Shown: one piece after another, positions 35,776 to 43,795 of the stretch
Position numbering within the stretch: position 1 is the stretch's first letter
Layout of the letters: each line of letters begins with the position of its first letter
NCBI GenBank assembly: GCA_963833985.1
Contig: CAWIAD010000002.1
Location: 5,280,001 to 5,344,000 of the forward strand
Length of the DNA stretch: 64,000 nt
Origin: an uncultured Planctomycetaceae bacterium
GTDB lineage: Bacteria > Planctomycetota > Planctomycetia > Isosphaerales > Isosphaeraceae
Direction: 5' to 3'
Notes under the pieces: generated by a model
Told to the model about the DNA's origin: nothing
The model's input: the letters and a program-made list of their open reading frames with translations, nothing else
Databases searched by the model: none
Translations under genes and position numbers: made by a program

Positions 35776-37851
35776 TCAGAACGGCGGTGGAACGGCCGCG
35801 TCTGGGAGCGAGGGAACTTCCCGGCTCGTCAATTCGACATCTCCGTCCAGTGGTGTGCGCAGGCGGATGCCGCGATAATGGGCAATCCGCTGGGGACCCT
35901 CACGGAACCGGCTCTTGCTGAGTTCTGGAATGGCTGCATGGAGGTCGCGACCGAAGGCCGGCTCGTCACCAATGGCGTCGCGGCCTTGCTCCTGGCACCA
36001 GCTTCGCCAGGCGTCGTAGAGTGCCGCGACTGACACCTGTTCACCGGCACCGAGGACACAACGATCGCGCAGAAACGCTCCGATGGGGCTGCCCAGGTCC
36101 TCCATCGCGGCCATGAGAGCGCGGCCCGATTGCGGCTGCAAGAACCGCCCCCGCTCCCTGAGGCGCTGCCAGCCCTCCAGGGCCCAGAGCAGGATGCCCG
36201 GCAGCTCCCGGAGCAACCGTTCGTACAGGCCCGTATCTTCGCGGTCGTAGAACGATCGGGTGAACCGCAGCAGGATGAGCCGGCTCGCCAGGGCCCCGCT
36301 GGCATCACGTAACCGCGGCAGCTCATTGGAGATGAGCACGAAGCGCGTGGGCAGCCGGCCCGTCCAGGCCGGCAAGTGTTTGCGATCGATGGTCTGGTCG
36401 TCCTCGCCGCTGATCGAGAGCAAGCATTCCACGATGGCGGCATTGTCGGGCCGGCTGGAAAGCCGGGCGTCCGGAAAGATGGCCACCGGTTTGTCGATCA
36501 GCACGGACAGCCCGAACGGCCGTGCCAGAGTCGAAAGGGTTGGATTCGCGACGTTATTCGCCCCCACGAGCGCCTTGAGCACCCGCGCGATGGTTCCCCG
36601 GCCCGACCGCTTCGGGCCCACCAGCATGGCGATCTTCTGCTGACGCGTGTCCGTGGTCAGCAGGTAGCCGAACCACTCCTGCAAGCAGGCAATGCTCTCG
36701 ACGTCGTCTTCCCAGATCTGCCGCAGGAACGCCAGCCATTCCGCGGGCTCGCTCGCTCCGGGCACGAAATCGTAGTCCAGGGCGAAGCCGTTGAAGAACT
36801 CCGGCGTCGCCGCCAGCGTGCATGGGCGGCCCTCCACAAAAGAGGGCAGGTGAACTAGCCCGTTGCGTGCTGGCAAGATCTCCTGGACGGGCCATGGTGC
36901 GGCCCCGGCCGCATCCGGGCGGCCCGCCACCCAGGCTGGCTGCCGGGGACACTCGCTGGTGGGCACGAGGACCAGCCCCGTGATGGCCTGGACCACGTCG
37001 CTCACCATGCGCCCGGTGACCGGGATGGGCCGGAGAATCCGCTGGACGCTCGGAGAGCCGGGAGAATCCTCCCGTTTATGAAGGCGCGCTTCCATCTCCG
37101 CCTTGTATAAACGGTCGAATTCGCCGGCGAGGAATTGCGAAAGCCGTGCGCGAACCTCACTCATGGGAAGCGTGCGGTAGGCACATCCATCCCATGAATA
37201 AAACAGATCGCGCCAGTACCGCAGTCCGATCCCTCCCGGAAACGTGAAGTGGGCGTCCAGGAAGAGACGGGCCAGGCGGTGCGGGTTGGTCTCCTGGCCC
37301 ACCGGGCAGACGACGCCAGCGGCCTGGCCCGCGCGCGGCCTGGCTGCGCGGCCGCCTGCCGGCAGGGACGGCGGCCTGCCCGCGGGCGGCGGTTTCCTGT
37401 CTGATCTGAGATATCCCCTGGCGCGATCGTCGGCCGTCTTGTCAGCGCTTCTGAGCTTGTGCTCCAGCTCCTTGGGGCCCCAGGGAGGCAAGCACCGCTG
37501 GTTCCATTCCAGGAGGAACGGCCGGGCCTCGTCGATGGAGAGCCCGAACCCCTTGACGAGCACGCAGGCGACGTGGAAGGTGCGGTCATGGCCGCGCTCG
37601 CCAGAGACGGCGGGGGGAATGCGGGACAGGTAGGTGGCGATTCGCCGCGGCAGGGTGGTCGAGCGGTCATCGTGCCGGAGCGGCCCGGCCGGGGTCTTCG
37701 CCGGGTGGGAACCGGTCTGATCCGGCAAGGCCGGAGTGGGCCGCCGGGTACGAAGCCACGCGACAAGATCGAGAGGCAAGAGGGGAAGGGCAGTTCGTGA
37801 AGCTCCGCCCGGCAGTGGCTCCGGGCGGCTGTTCTCGGGGTGCATGGTCAT
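35776..37851 (-). CDS. P4/D5-family primase C-terminal (PriCT-like) + SF3 helicase protein
   Basis: PPAVSGERGHDRTF...WNQRC.PPW...EL.HK, D5_N-like WLAFL...LQEWFGY, Walker A GPKRSGRGT, ISGED...IDRK, LISNELP, C-terminal LYDAWRSWC. Confidence 0.9.
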   Translation of the reverse strand: MTMHPENSRPEPLPGGASRTALPLLPLDLVAWLRTRRPTPALPDQTGSHPAKTPAGPLRHDDRSTTLPRRIATYLSRIPPAVSGERGHDRTFHVACVLVKGFGLSIDEARPFLLEWNQRCLPPWGPKELEHKLRSADKTADDRARGYLRSDRKPPPAGRPPSLPAGGRAARPRAGQAAGVVCPVGQETNPHRLARLFLDAHFTFPGGIGLRYWRDLFYSWDGCAYRTLPMSEVRARLSQFLAGEFDRLYKAEMEARLHKREDSPGSPSVQRILRPIPVTGRMVSDVVQAITGLVLVPTSECPRQPAWVAGRPDAAGAAPWPVQEILPARNGLVHLPSFVEGRPCTLAATPEFFNGFALDYDFVPGASEPAEWLAFLRQIWEDDVESIACLQEWFGYLLTTDTRQQKIAMLVGPKRSGRGTIARVLKALVGANNVANPTLSTLARPFGLSVLIDKPVAIFPDARLSSRPDNAAIVECLLSISGEDDQTIDRKHLPAWTGRLPTRFVLISNELPRLRDASGALASRLILLRFTRSFYDREDTGLYERLLRELPGILLWALEGWQRLRERGRFLQPQSGRALMAAMEDLGSPIGAFLRDRCVLGAGEQVSVAALYDAWRSWCQEQGRDAIGDEPAFGRDLHAAIPELSKSRFREGPQRIAHYRGIRLRTPLDGDVELTSREVPSLPDAAVPPPF

Positions 37852-37910
37852 CCGCCGGCACGATCAATTCTTGCAGGTCTTTTCAGTTGCCTTGCAAGCG
37901 AGGACGGGGT

Positions 37911-38663
37911 TCATTGGCCTGTTCCCTTACCATCCAGAGTAACCGGACGCCAGGGCCGATCAGGTCTGGAGGAGCCTTTCGCCTTGAGCGTGCCGGGCAA
38001 GCCGATCAGTCGCGCCGGGTTGACCGTGGCGGTGTCAATGACCACCGCGTGATCGTTGTACCGCCGCGCCAGCATCGAGACCGCCTCGGCAACGCAAGCC
38101 CGGTGCGCAGGGTCATTCGGGTAGTCAGGTAAACGGATCAGGACCCAGCAACCGTTCCCGGATCGGCCCCAGAGCGCGGCAGACGCCAGCTCCGGGCAGT
38201 CCGTAAGGATCGCGTCGCGCCGGGCCACTGCTGCCGCCAGCTCCGCGTCGGTGCTGCTGGTGTCCGGGGGGCGTACCGGGTCGATGTCAAGAAAAAGCCA
38301 GCGCAGGCAGGCGATGTTGTCGTCGCGGGTGGTGTGCCGGGCCCGTGCCAGGCGGTGGTCGCAGCGTGCCAGCAGATCGCGGCGCACCGGATTGATGGTG
38401 ACGTATGCCGAGACGCCGCGGAGCCTGCGGGAGTGCGCGATCAATTGCTCCACATCCTCGTACCATCCGGAAATCGTGGCGCCACCCTGATGCAGGCCCA
38501 GCTCCGCCGCGCGGTGAACGTTCCCCCGGCGGTCGAATCCCGCGTGCAGGATACGCAGTTCCGTGCAGCCCACCTCCGGCGCTCGCAAGAGCGACAGGAA
38601 CTCTCGTGTCGCCCCCGGATCGCCCGCGGCAGGCAGCGATGAGGCCGTGTGCAGCGTGTTCAC
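37911..38663 (-). CDS. Stand-alone primase-polymerase (AEP/RepB'-like) domain protein
   Basis: YVTINP, WLFLDIDP (DxD), SGNG, IDTATVNPARLIGLPGT; GTGA overlap with the sigma gene. Confidence 0.7.
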   Translation of the reverse strand: MNTLHTASSLPAAGDPGATREFLSLLRAPEVGCTELRILHAGFDRRGNVHRAAELGLHQGGATISGWYEDVEQLIAHSRRLRGVSAYVTINPVRRDLLARCDHRLARARHTTRDDNIACLRWLFLDIDPVRPPDTSSTDAELAAAVARRDAILTDCPELASAALWGRSGNGCWVLIRLPDYPNDPAHRACVAEAVSMLARRYNDHAVVIDTATVNPARLIGLPGTLKAKGSSRPDRPWRPVTLDGKGTGQ

Positions 38664-39685
38664 GAGAGGCACTTTCTGAACGCCGTGCGCAATTTCTCCA
38701 TGGCGGTTCGCTCGAGCTTGCGGACCAGGTGGACCGAGATGCCCAGGGCCCGGCCGAGGCGGGTATAAGTCCATGGATCCGGGGGAAGAGGCGGCACTGA
38801 GCCCGGCTGCGCATCGGCATCCTGAGGATCGTCCAGGCCGTAACGCCGGCGGATCAGCCAGGCCTCGAGCGGCGTCAGGCTTGCCAGCGCTGCGTGCATC
38901 TCGTCGAGCAGCTCGATCCGCTCGCATTCCTCCTCCGGATTGGAAGGGTCGGCGATGATGTCCTCGAGTGAGATCGGTTCGCCATATTCGTTGATGCCAT
39001 AATACGACGAGCGAGAAATCCGCGACTGGTCCAGAAGCTCGAGCTGGCGGCTAGTCAGCCTGGGCTCGTCGTTGTCCGCGGTGGGAGTGCTCGATGCATC
39101 GACCGGAACCAGGGCGGACTCGCCCGAGCACTGGCGCTGCTCCGCTTCGCGGCGCGACTTGATGCTCAGCCGGAACAGATAATCAGGCATTCGGATGAGC
39201 GAGAAATTGGCGGCCACGGCGCGCTGGATGCTGTTCTTGATCCAGTACATCGCATACGTGGAAAAACGCGTGTTGTGGGTTTCCGGTTCGAACCGCTCGG
39301 CCGCCTTGATGAGACCCTGGGTACCTTCCTGGATGAGGTCTTCGAGAGTGGCCCCGAACGAGTAGTAGCGTCTGGCGATGATGGTGACCAGCCGCTGGTT
39401 CGCCAGGATCAGGGCGTCGCGAGCGGCCAGGTCGCCGGCTTTGACCCGCACCGCCAGCGCATTTTGTTCGGCTGCGGAGAGAATGTCTGGCCGCGTCAAC
39501 GGAGCATATACGGGCCTGGCTACCTGGTGGCTGGCGTCCGCGGTTTCGGCCTGCCCAGCCTGCTCACCGGGCCGGCTGCCATGGGGGCGGCCTTTGGACC
39601 AGAACCGGGCTTTGCGGCGCCTCGCCAACCGCGGCGCCGGCCTCGCGGGATAGGGTTCCGGGCAACCTGTCAACGTTGCGATCAT
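38660..39685 (-). CDS. Sigma-70 family RNA polymerase sigma factor
   Basis: ANQRLV..IARRY, DLIQEG..GLIKAAERF, RFSTYAMYWIK, ISLE, region 4 RRRYGL...LG..LGIS...VRKLE; GAGG RBS. Confidence 0.92.
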   Translation of the reverse strand: MIATLTGCPEPYPARPAPRLARRRKARFWSKGRPHGSRPGEQAGQAETADASHQVARPVYAPLTRPDILSAAEQNALAVRVKAGDLAARDALILANQRLVTIIARRYYSFGATLEDLIQEGTQGLIKAAERFEPETHNTRFSTYAMYWIKNSIQRAVAANFSLIRMPDYLFRLSIKSRREAEQRQCSGESALVPVDASSTPTADNDEPRLTSRQLELLDQSRISRSSYYGINEYGEPISLEDIIADPSNPEEECERIELLDEMHAALASLTPLEAWLIRRRYGLDDPQDADAQPGSVPPLPPDPWTYTRLGRALGISVHLVRKLERTAMEKLRTAFRKCLS

Positions 39686-39737
39686 GTTGATTTCCTCGAC
39701 TATTGCGGGCTGCGCGCCGGGTGTCTTGCTTGGTGAG

Positions 39738-40280
39738 TCAGACCGAGGCCGCCTTGCTCCGATCGCGAGCCGGAACCTGCCAGATGACCCGCAGCCGCCC
39801 GGGTGCGCTGTGGCCGGGCCCGACGCGGACGCTCCAGCGGCCCTCGGCCACGCCCTCGACGGCACTGCGGGCCGTGGGAAAGCTGCGGCTCACCGGTTCC
39901 GCGCCAACATGAGCGGCCCGGCGCACGTACCATCGCCCGGCGATGTGCCCCGCGTGGTACTGCTGAACGAACCGGGGAGTGTAGACGACAAGCTCTTCGC
40001 CGGTGAACCGATCGAGCACCCGCAGGCGGCCGTCGGGCTCGCGCGGTGCGACATGCAGCCGCGAGATCAGGGGATTGTGAATCGGCAAAAGCGTCAACAT
40101 CGCCAGGGCGCCGCGGGACGAGCTCGATGCGCGGCGGGAGCGCCCGCGGGATCGAGGGGCGGGCAAGGCGGGCGCTCCAGCGGGCAGGCCGGTGCCGGCT
40201 CCCTCGGCCGGTCCGGCGGGCGGGTGCGGTGCCGTGGCCGGCCGGGCCGGGCCGAGACGCGATTGTGTAGTGAGCGACAT
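39738..40280 (-). CDS. Hypothetical protein
   Basis: GAGGAGG RBS before ATG 40280, globular-looking C-terminal half. Confidence 0.6.
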   Translation of the reverse strand: MSLTTQSRLGPARPATAPHPPAGPAEGAGTGLPAGAPALPAPRSRGRSRRASSSSRGALAMLTLLPIHNPLISRLHVAPREPDGRLRVLDRFTGEELVVYTPRFVQQYHAGHIAGRWYVRRAAHVGAEPVSRSFPTARSAVEGVAEGRWSVRVGPGHSAPGRLRVIWQVPARDRSKAASV

Positions 40281-40335
40281 GGCCGTGAGCCTCCTCATCT
40301 GGAACAGTGTGAGGCGAGTCTTTCAGGAATTGCGA

Positions 40336-41082
40336 TCAGCCCTGGCGCACGACGGCTGGACCGCCGCGACGAGTCCAGAGCATCGGCACGACTGCCGGCG
40401 GCGAAGCACCCGGGCCTCCCCATGCGGAGGGCACGTCCGCGGCGAGCCGGCGCAGCAACTCGGGAGCGTTGTCGCCAGGCCGCATGGACCGGGCAAAGAC
40501 CTCGAGCGCCAGCGCGGCTTGCTCTCCCCGACCGCTGCCCAGTCGCTTGATCCATGCAAAGGGCCGTGCGTCGTCCTGGAAGGCGAGTTCGGCGACCAGC
40601 TTCAGCGCGGCGATCGAACACTTGCCGTCGCGGCGGACGAGCTCGACGGGAATCGCGCTCCATCTCCAGTCCAGGATGGCTCCGTCGAGCTGGGCTCCGG
40701 TGAGCACGGCGCCGCGGAGGTCGGCCCCCACCAGCCGCGCCCCGGCGAGGTTCGCCTGGCGCAGGTCCGCGCTGCGGAGGTCGGCCTGGCGGAGATCGGC
40801 AAGGGCCAGAGAGGCGCCGCGGAGATCGGCCCCCACCAGCCTGGCGGCCCGCAGGTCCGCCTTCCGGAGATTGACGCGGACCAGCTCGCTGCCGCCCAGA
40901 TCGGCGCCGCGGAAGTCTCCCTCCTCCAGATCGGCCGCCTGCACCTTGATTCCTTTCAGGTCGGCGTAGAGCATCCTCACGCCCCTGGCCACGGCCAGTT
41001 CCAGGGCCTGCGGATAGGTATCGGCCTCCACCATTGCGATCGGCCGCGTACTCCAGCGATGAAAGATCGGGAAAGTCATCAT
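40336..41082 (-). CDS. Pentapeptide repeat protein (phage type)
   Basis: Tandem ADLRG/ADLRQ/ARLVG repeats. Confidence 0.9.
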   Translation of the reverse strand: MMTFPIFHRWSTRPIAMVEADTYPQALELAVARGVRMLYADLKGIKVQAADLEEGDFRGADLGGSELVRVNLRKADLRAARLVGADLRGASLALADLRQADLRSADLRQANLAGARLVGADLRGAVLTGAQLDGAILDWRWSAIPVELVRRDGKCSIAALKLVAELAFQDDARPFAWIKRLGSGRGEQAALALEVFARSMRPGDNAPELLRRLAADVPSAWGGPGASPPAVVPMLWTRRGGPAVVRQG

Positions 41083-41336
41083 GGCATGAGCCTTCTTGAA
41101 AGCAAACCGGCGAGAATCGGCTTCGGCGCGTACCATCTCCGTGTCAGGCTGGCGGGCGGCGCCCAGTCTGAATGGTTTCATCACGACTTACTGACGTGGT
41201 GGACTGAGAATGTGTTTGCGGCCCGGTGCCGGAGCCCCGGCAGGCGATGGCGGGGCTCCGGCTCGCACACGGGCTCACCGGGACAGCGTCGTCCCGGGTC
41301 GTCGACCTGCAAGGCGAGCAGGGCGGGAGAAAGCGA

Positions 41337-41549
41337 TCAACCGGGACCGACGGGCCCCGAAGGCCTGATCGGCGGCTGGACTATCGGCGGATCATCGGTC
41401 GGCAGGTCGCCCGGATCGTCCTCGGGGTCCGGCAGCGGCTCGTCGCCGGGCGGCGCGACCACCGTATGCGCGACCAGACTGCTGAGGCTCAGCTTGGTTT
41501 CCAGCGCGTCAAAGGCGCTCATTCCCTCGATGACAAACATGCGGCACAT
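41337..41549 (-). CDS. Small Pro/Asp-rich hypothetical protein
   Basis: GAGAGGGG upstream of ATG, co-oriented with the cluster. Confidence 0.45.
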   Translation of the reverse strand: MCRMFVIEGMSAFDALETKLSLSSLVAHTVVAPPGDEPLPDPEDDPGDLPTDDPPIVQPPIRPSGPVGPG

Positions 41550-41908
41550 CAGGATGCCCCCTCTCTCGAAGTTGTTGTTCCCGGTTCCGAAGAACCAGCC
41601 TTATGAAACAATCAGGCCACCGGCCTGGTTGTCTCCGTTACCTCCCGCTCACTGCAACTGTCTCCCGTATAATCTGGATATTGTGTTGTGAAGTTGCAGG
41701 AAAATGGGAATTCTTTGGAAGATTTTCCGCAGAGGGCTGAACCAGCCCGATCCGCCGGGATTGCCCCGGCAGCAAGGTCCATCAGTGCCTGGCGTGTGCC
41801 AGGTCCCGCAGGAGAGTGGGAGCGTTGATTTGCTGCGCTCTTGCAAGTCAGGGAGTGGCTTGCGGCAAAAGTGACGTGCCCGGAGTATGCCACTCCCATC
41901 AACGCGTC

Positions 41909-42202
41909 TCAGCCGGCGTCGCGCGACAGGTCCCCACGCAGAATACGAGCGACCCGTTCGCATGCGGCGATATACATCTGGTCGAACGCGAACTGGACTC
42001 GTGCGCTCGGATCGGTCTCGTGGTTGCGAAGCTGCAAGAGCGGAACGACGGCCTTCAGCCAGAGCCGGTTCTGAACGTCCGCGTCAGTGGTATCGAGACA
42101 CAGGTCCGCGGCGCCAGGGTCTTCTGCCTCGGTCCGGGCAGCTGCCGCTTCGGTGTCGGCATCATCGGATGGATCGGGAGTACTGGATGCTTCGGGATTC
42201 AT
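41909..42202 (-). CDS. Small hypothetical protein
   Basis: Co-oriented ORF, acidic N-terminus and helical C-terminus. Confidence 0.55.
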   Translation of the reverse strand: MNPEASSTPDPSDDADTEAAAARTEAEDPGAADLCLDTTDADVQNRLWLKAVVPLLQLRNHETDPSARVQFAFDQMYIAACERVARILRGDLSRDAG

Positions 42203-42248
42203 GGCCGTCTCACTTCTGGGCGATGAGGACACGCGCCGGGCAGCGGGC

Positions 42249-42629
42249 TCAGTACAGCGCAGCGGTGCGGAGGCAGGAGATGCAGTCGTGGTGGTTCACC
42301 AGGCCCCCGCGACCGCGCCCCTGCCCGCAGTGCGCCAGGCCTCCGCAGCCGCAATCGGTCTCGGACTCCCGGTACGGGCACGCGTACATCTGGTTGAGAA
42401 TGCTCCGCATTTCCGCCGCGTTGGGAAGGTCCGGAGAGGGGGACTTCGATCTGGGGTCATCGCCCGGCACCAGCGCTCCGGGTGTGAGAAGCGGGAGGTA
42501 GGCCGGGTTGTAAGCCGGGTGGTCCGGATCCACGAGCTCGCAGAGCCGTGGTACGTCGGTCCCCGCACAGTGCAGGCCCGGCGCGGTCGGACAGTTCGGG
42601 CACCGCGCCGGCTCAAGGGCGAGTTTCAT
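42249..42629 (-). CDS. Cys-rich hypothetical protein (10 Cys; CPNC, CGC, CISC)
   Basis: Translation; position at the end of the tail module. Confidence 0.7.
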   Translation of the reverse strand: MKLALEPARCPNCPTAPGLHCAGTDVPRLCELVDPDHPAYNPAYLPLLTPGALVPGDDPRSKSPSPDLPNAAEMRSILNQMYACPYRESETDCGCGGLAHCGQGRGRGGLVNHHDCISCLRTAALY

Positions 42630-42654
42630 CGCGTGTGTCTCGGAAGGCTCCGCT

Positions 42655-43413
42655 TTACTGCGTGATCGTGAATGTGCTGTAGCCGTTGGCCCAGAGTACC
42701 GGGCAGATGTTGCTGTTGATGGAGTACTGAAGCAGAAAGGGACTGCAACTGTAACTCGAAAGCAGCAGCCCGAACGGGTCGGACCCCGGGCTGGTGCAAC
42801 TCTGGCTCTGGCCCCCGGGGCAGGTGCCGGAGAGGAAATACGTCACGTTGAACTGAGTTCCCCTCCCCGGGCACAAGAGCGAGAAGACCAGCTGGTTGGC
42901 GCAGGCCGAGATCCACTGGCCCGGGGGAACGAACGCGAGCGCGGCGGACCCGTTGCCCACCAGGTTGTTCTTCCAAGAGATTGTCAGATTCTGCCTGGGA
43001 AGGTTGCACGGGGAGCAGTTCAGCGAGGGTGTGGACCCGCCTGACTCGGCCACCCACCGGCCACCGACAGCCAGCGCCGGAAGGATCTGGCCGACCTGCG
43101 GTGGGGCGTTGCCGATGACCACCACCGGAATCTGGCGGGTCGCGTCCACCACGAATGCCGGCGCCGCTCCCTCCCGCTCCGTGCCACCAATCCGTACCGG
43201 GTTGACCAGGTAAACATGCTTCGTGTTCGAGGGCATGGCACCGCCGTTTGTCACCTGGCCCAGCAATCGGGGCGTACCCCGGGGCAGGCGTGCATGAGCG
43301 GCCAGTGCAACGGCCGCGAGACCGGGAGCAGGCGAGGCGGGCTCGCTTCGTTCCTGCCAGCGCAGCCGCAGCAGGCGCGTGGGATCAAGCTTCTGGCTGG
43401 ACCTGCCGATCAC
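42655..43413 (-). CDS. Putative tail tip protein; N-domain paralogous to 43429..43755, C-domain with 8 Cys
   Basis: Translation, synteny after the hub-like gene. Confidence 0.6.
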   Translation of the reverse strand: MIGRSSQKLDPTRLLRLRWQERSEPASPAPGLAAVALAAHARLPRGTPRLLGQVTNGGAMPSNTKHVYLVNPVRIGGTEREGAAPAFVVDATRQIPVVVIGNAPPQVGQILPALAVGGRWVAESGGSTPSLNCSPCNLPRQNLTISWKNNLVGNGSAALAFVPPGQWISACANQLVFSLLCPGRGTQFNVTYFLSGTCPGGQSQSCTSPGSDPFGLLLSSYSCSPFLLQYSINSNICPVLWANGYSTFTITQ

Positions 43414-43428
43414 GAGTGGTCCCTCAAT

Positions 43429-43755
43429 TCAGCCGTCGTACCGGAAGGCCCAGCGCCCGCCACTGGCGTGCGCGATCACGATGGTGCCCACGGGAGGCAA
43501 CTGGCTGCCCACGTTGAAGGCGTAGAGAGTGCGCGTACTGTCGGCCGTGAATGACGCGGCCGCGCCCTCGTTCTCGAGGCCGTCGACCAGGACCGGATTG
43601 CACCCGTAGCACGCCCCTGCGGTGGTCGGATAGGCGGAGACGGCGGTGGTCTGAACCAGGATGGCAACGCCTCCATCATGGGCGAAGCCCGCGAGCCGAT
43701 CCGCGGCCGCCAGTGCATCGGCCTGGCGCTCGCGGAGAATGCGCGTGTCCATCAT
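43429..43755 (-). CDS. Putative small tail tip/spike protein
   Basis: Translation, synteny, similarity to the neighbouring gene. Confidence 0.6.
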   Translation of the reverse strand: MMDTRILRERQADALAAADRLAGFAHDGGVAILVQTTAVSAYPTTAGACYGCNPVLVDGLENEGAAASFTADSTRTLYAFNVGSQLPPVGTIVIAHASGGRWAFRYDG

Positions 43756-43795
43756 GAGTGCTTCACCAGGGTATCGAAGAAGGATCCAGGGCGGT

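Noticed and set aside
41860..41885. Sigma-54 promoter (GGCACG...TTGC, minus strand)
   Set aside because: GG-to-GC spacing is 12 nt instead of the required 10.
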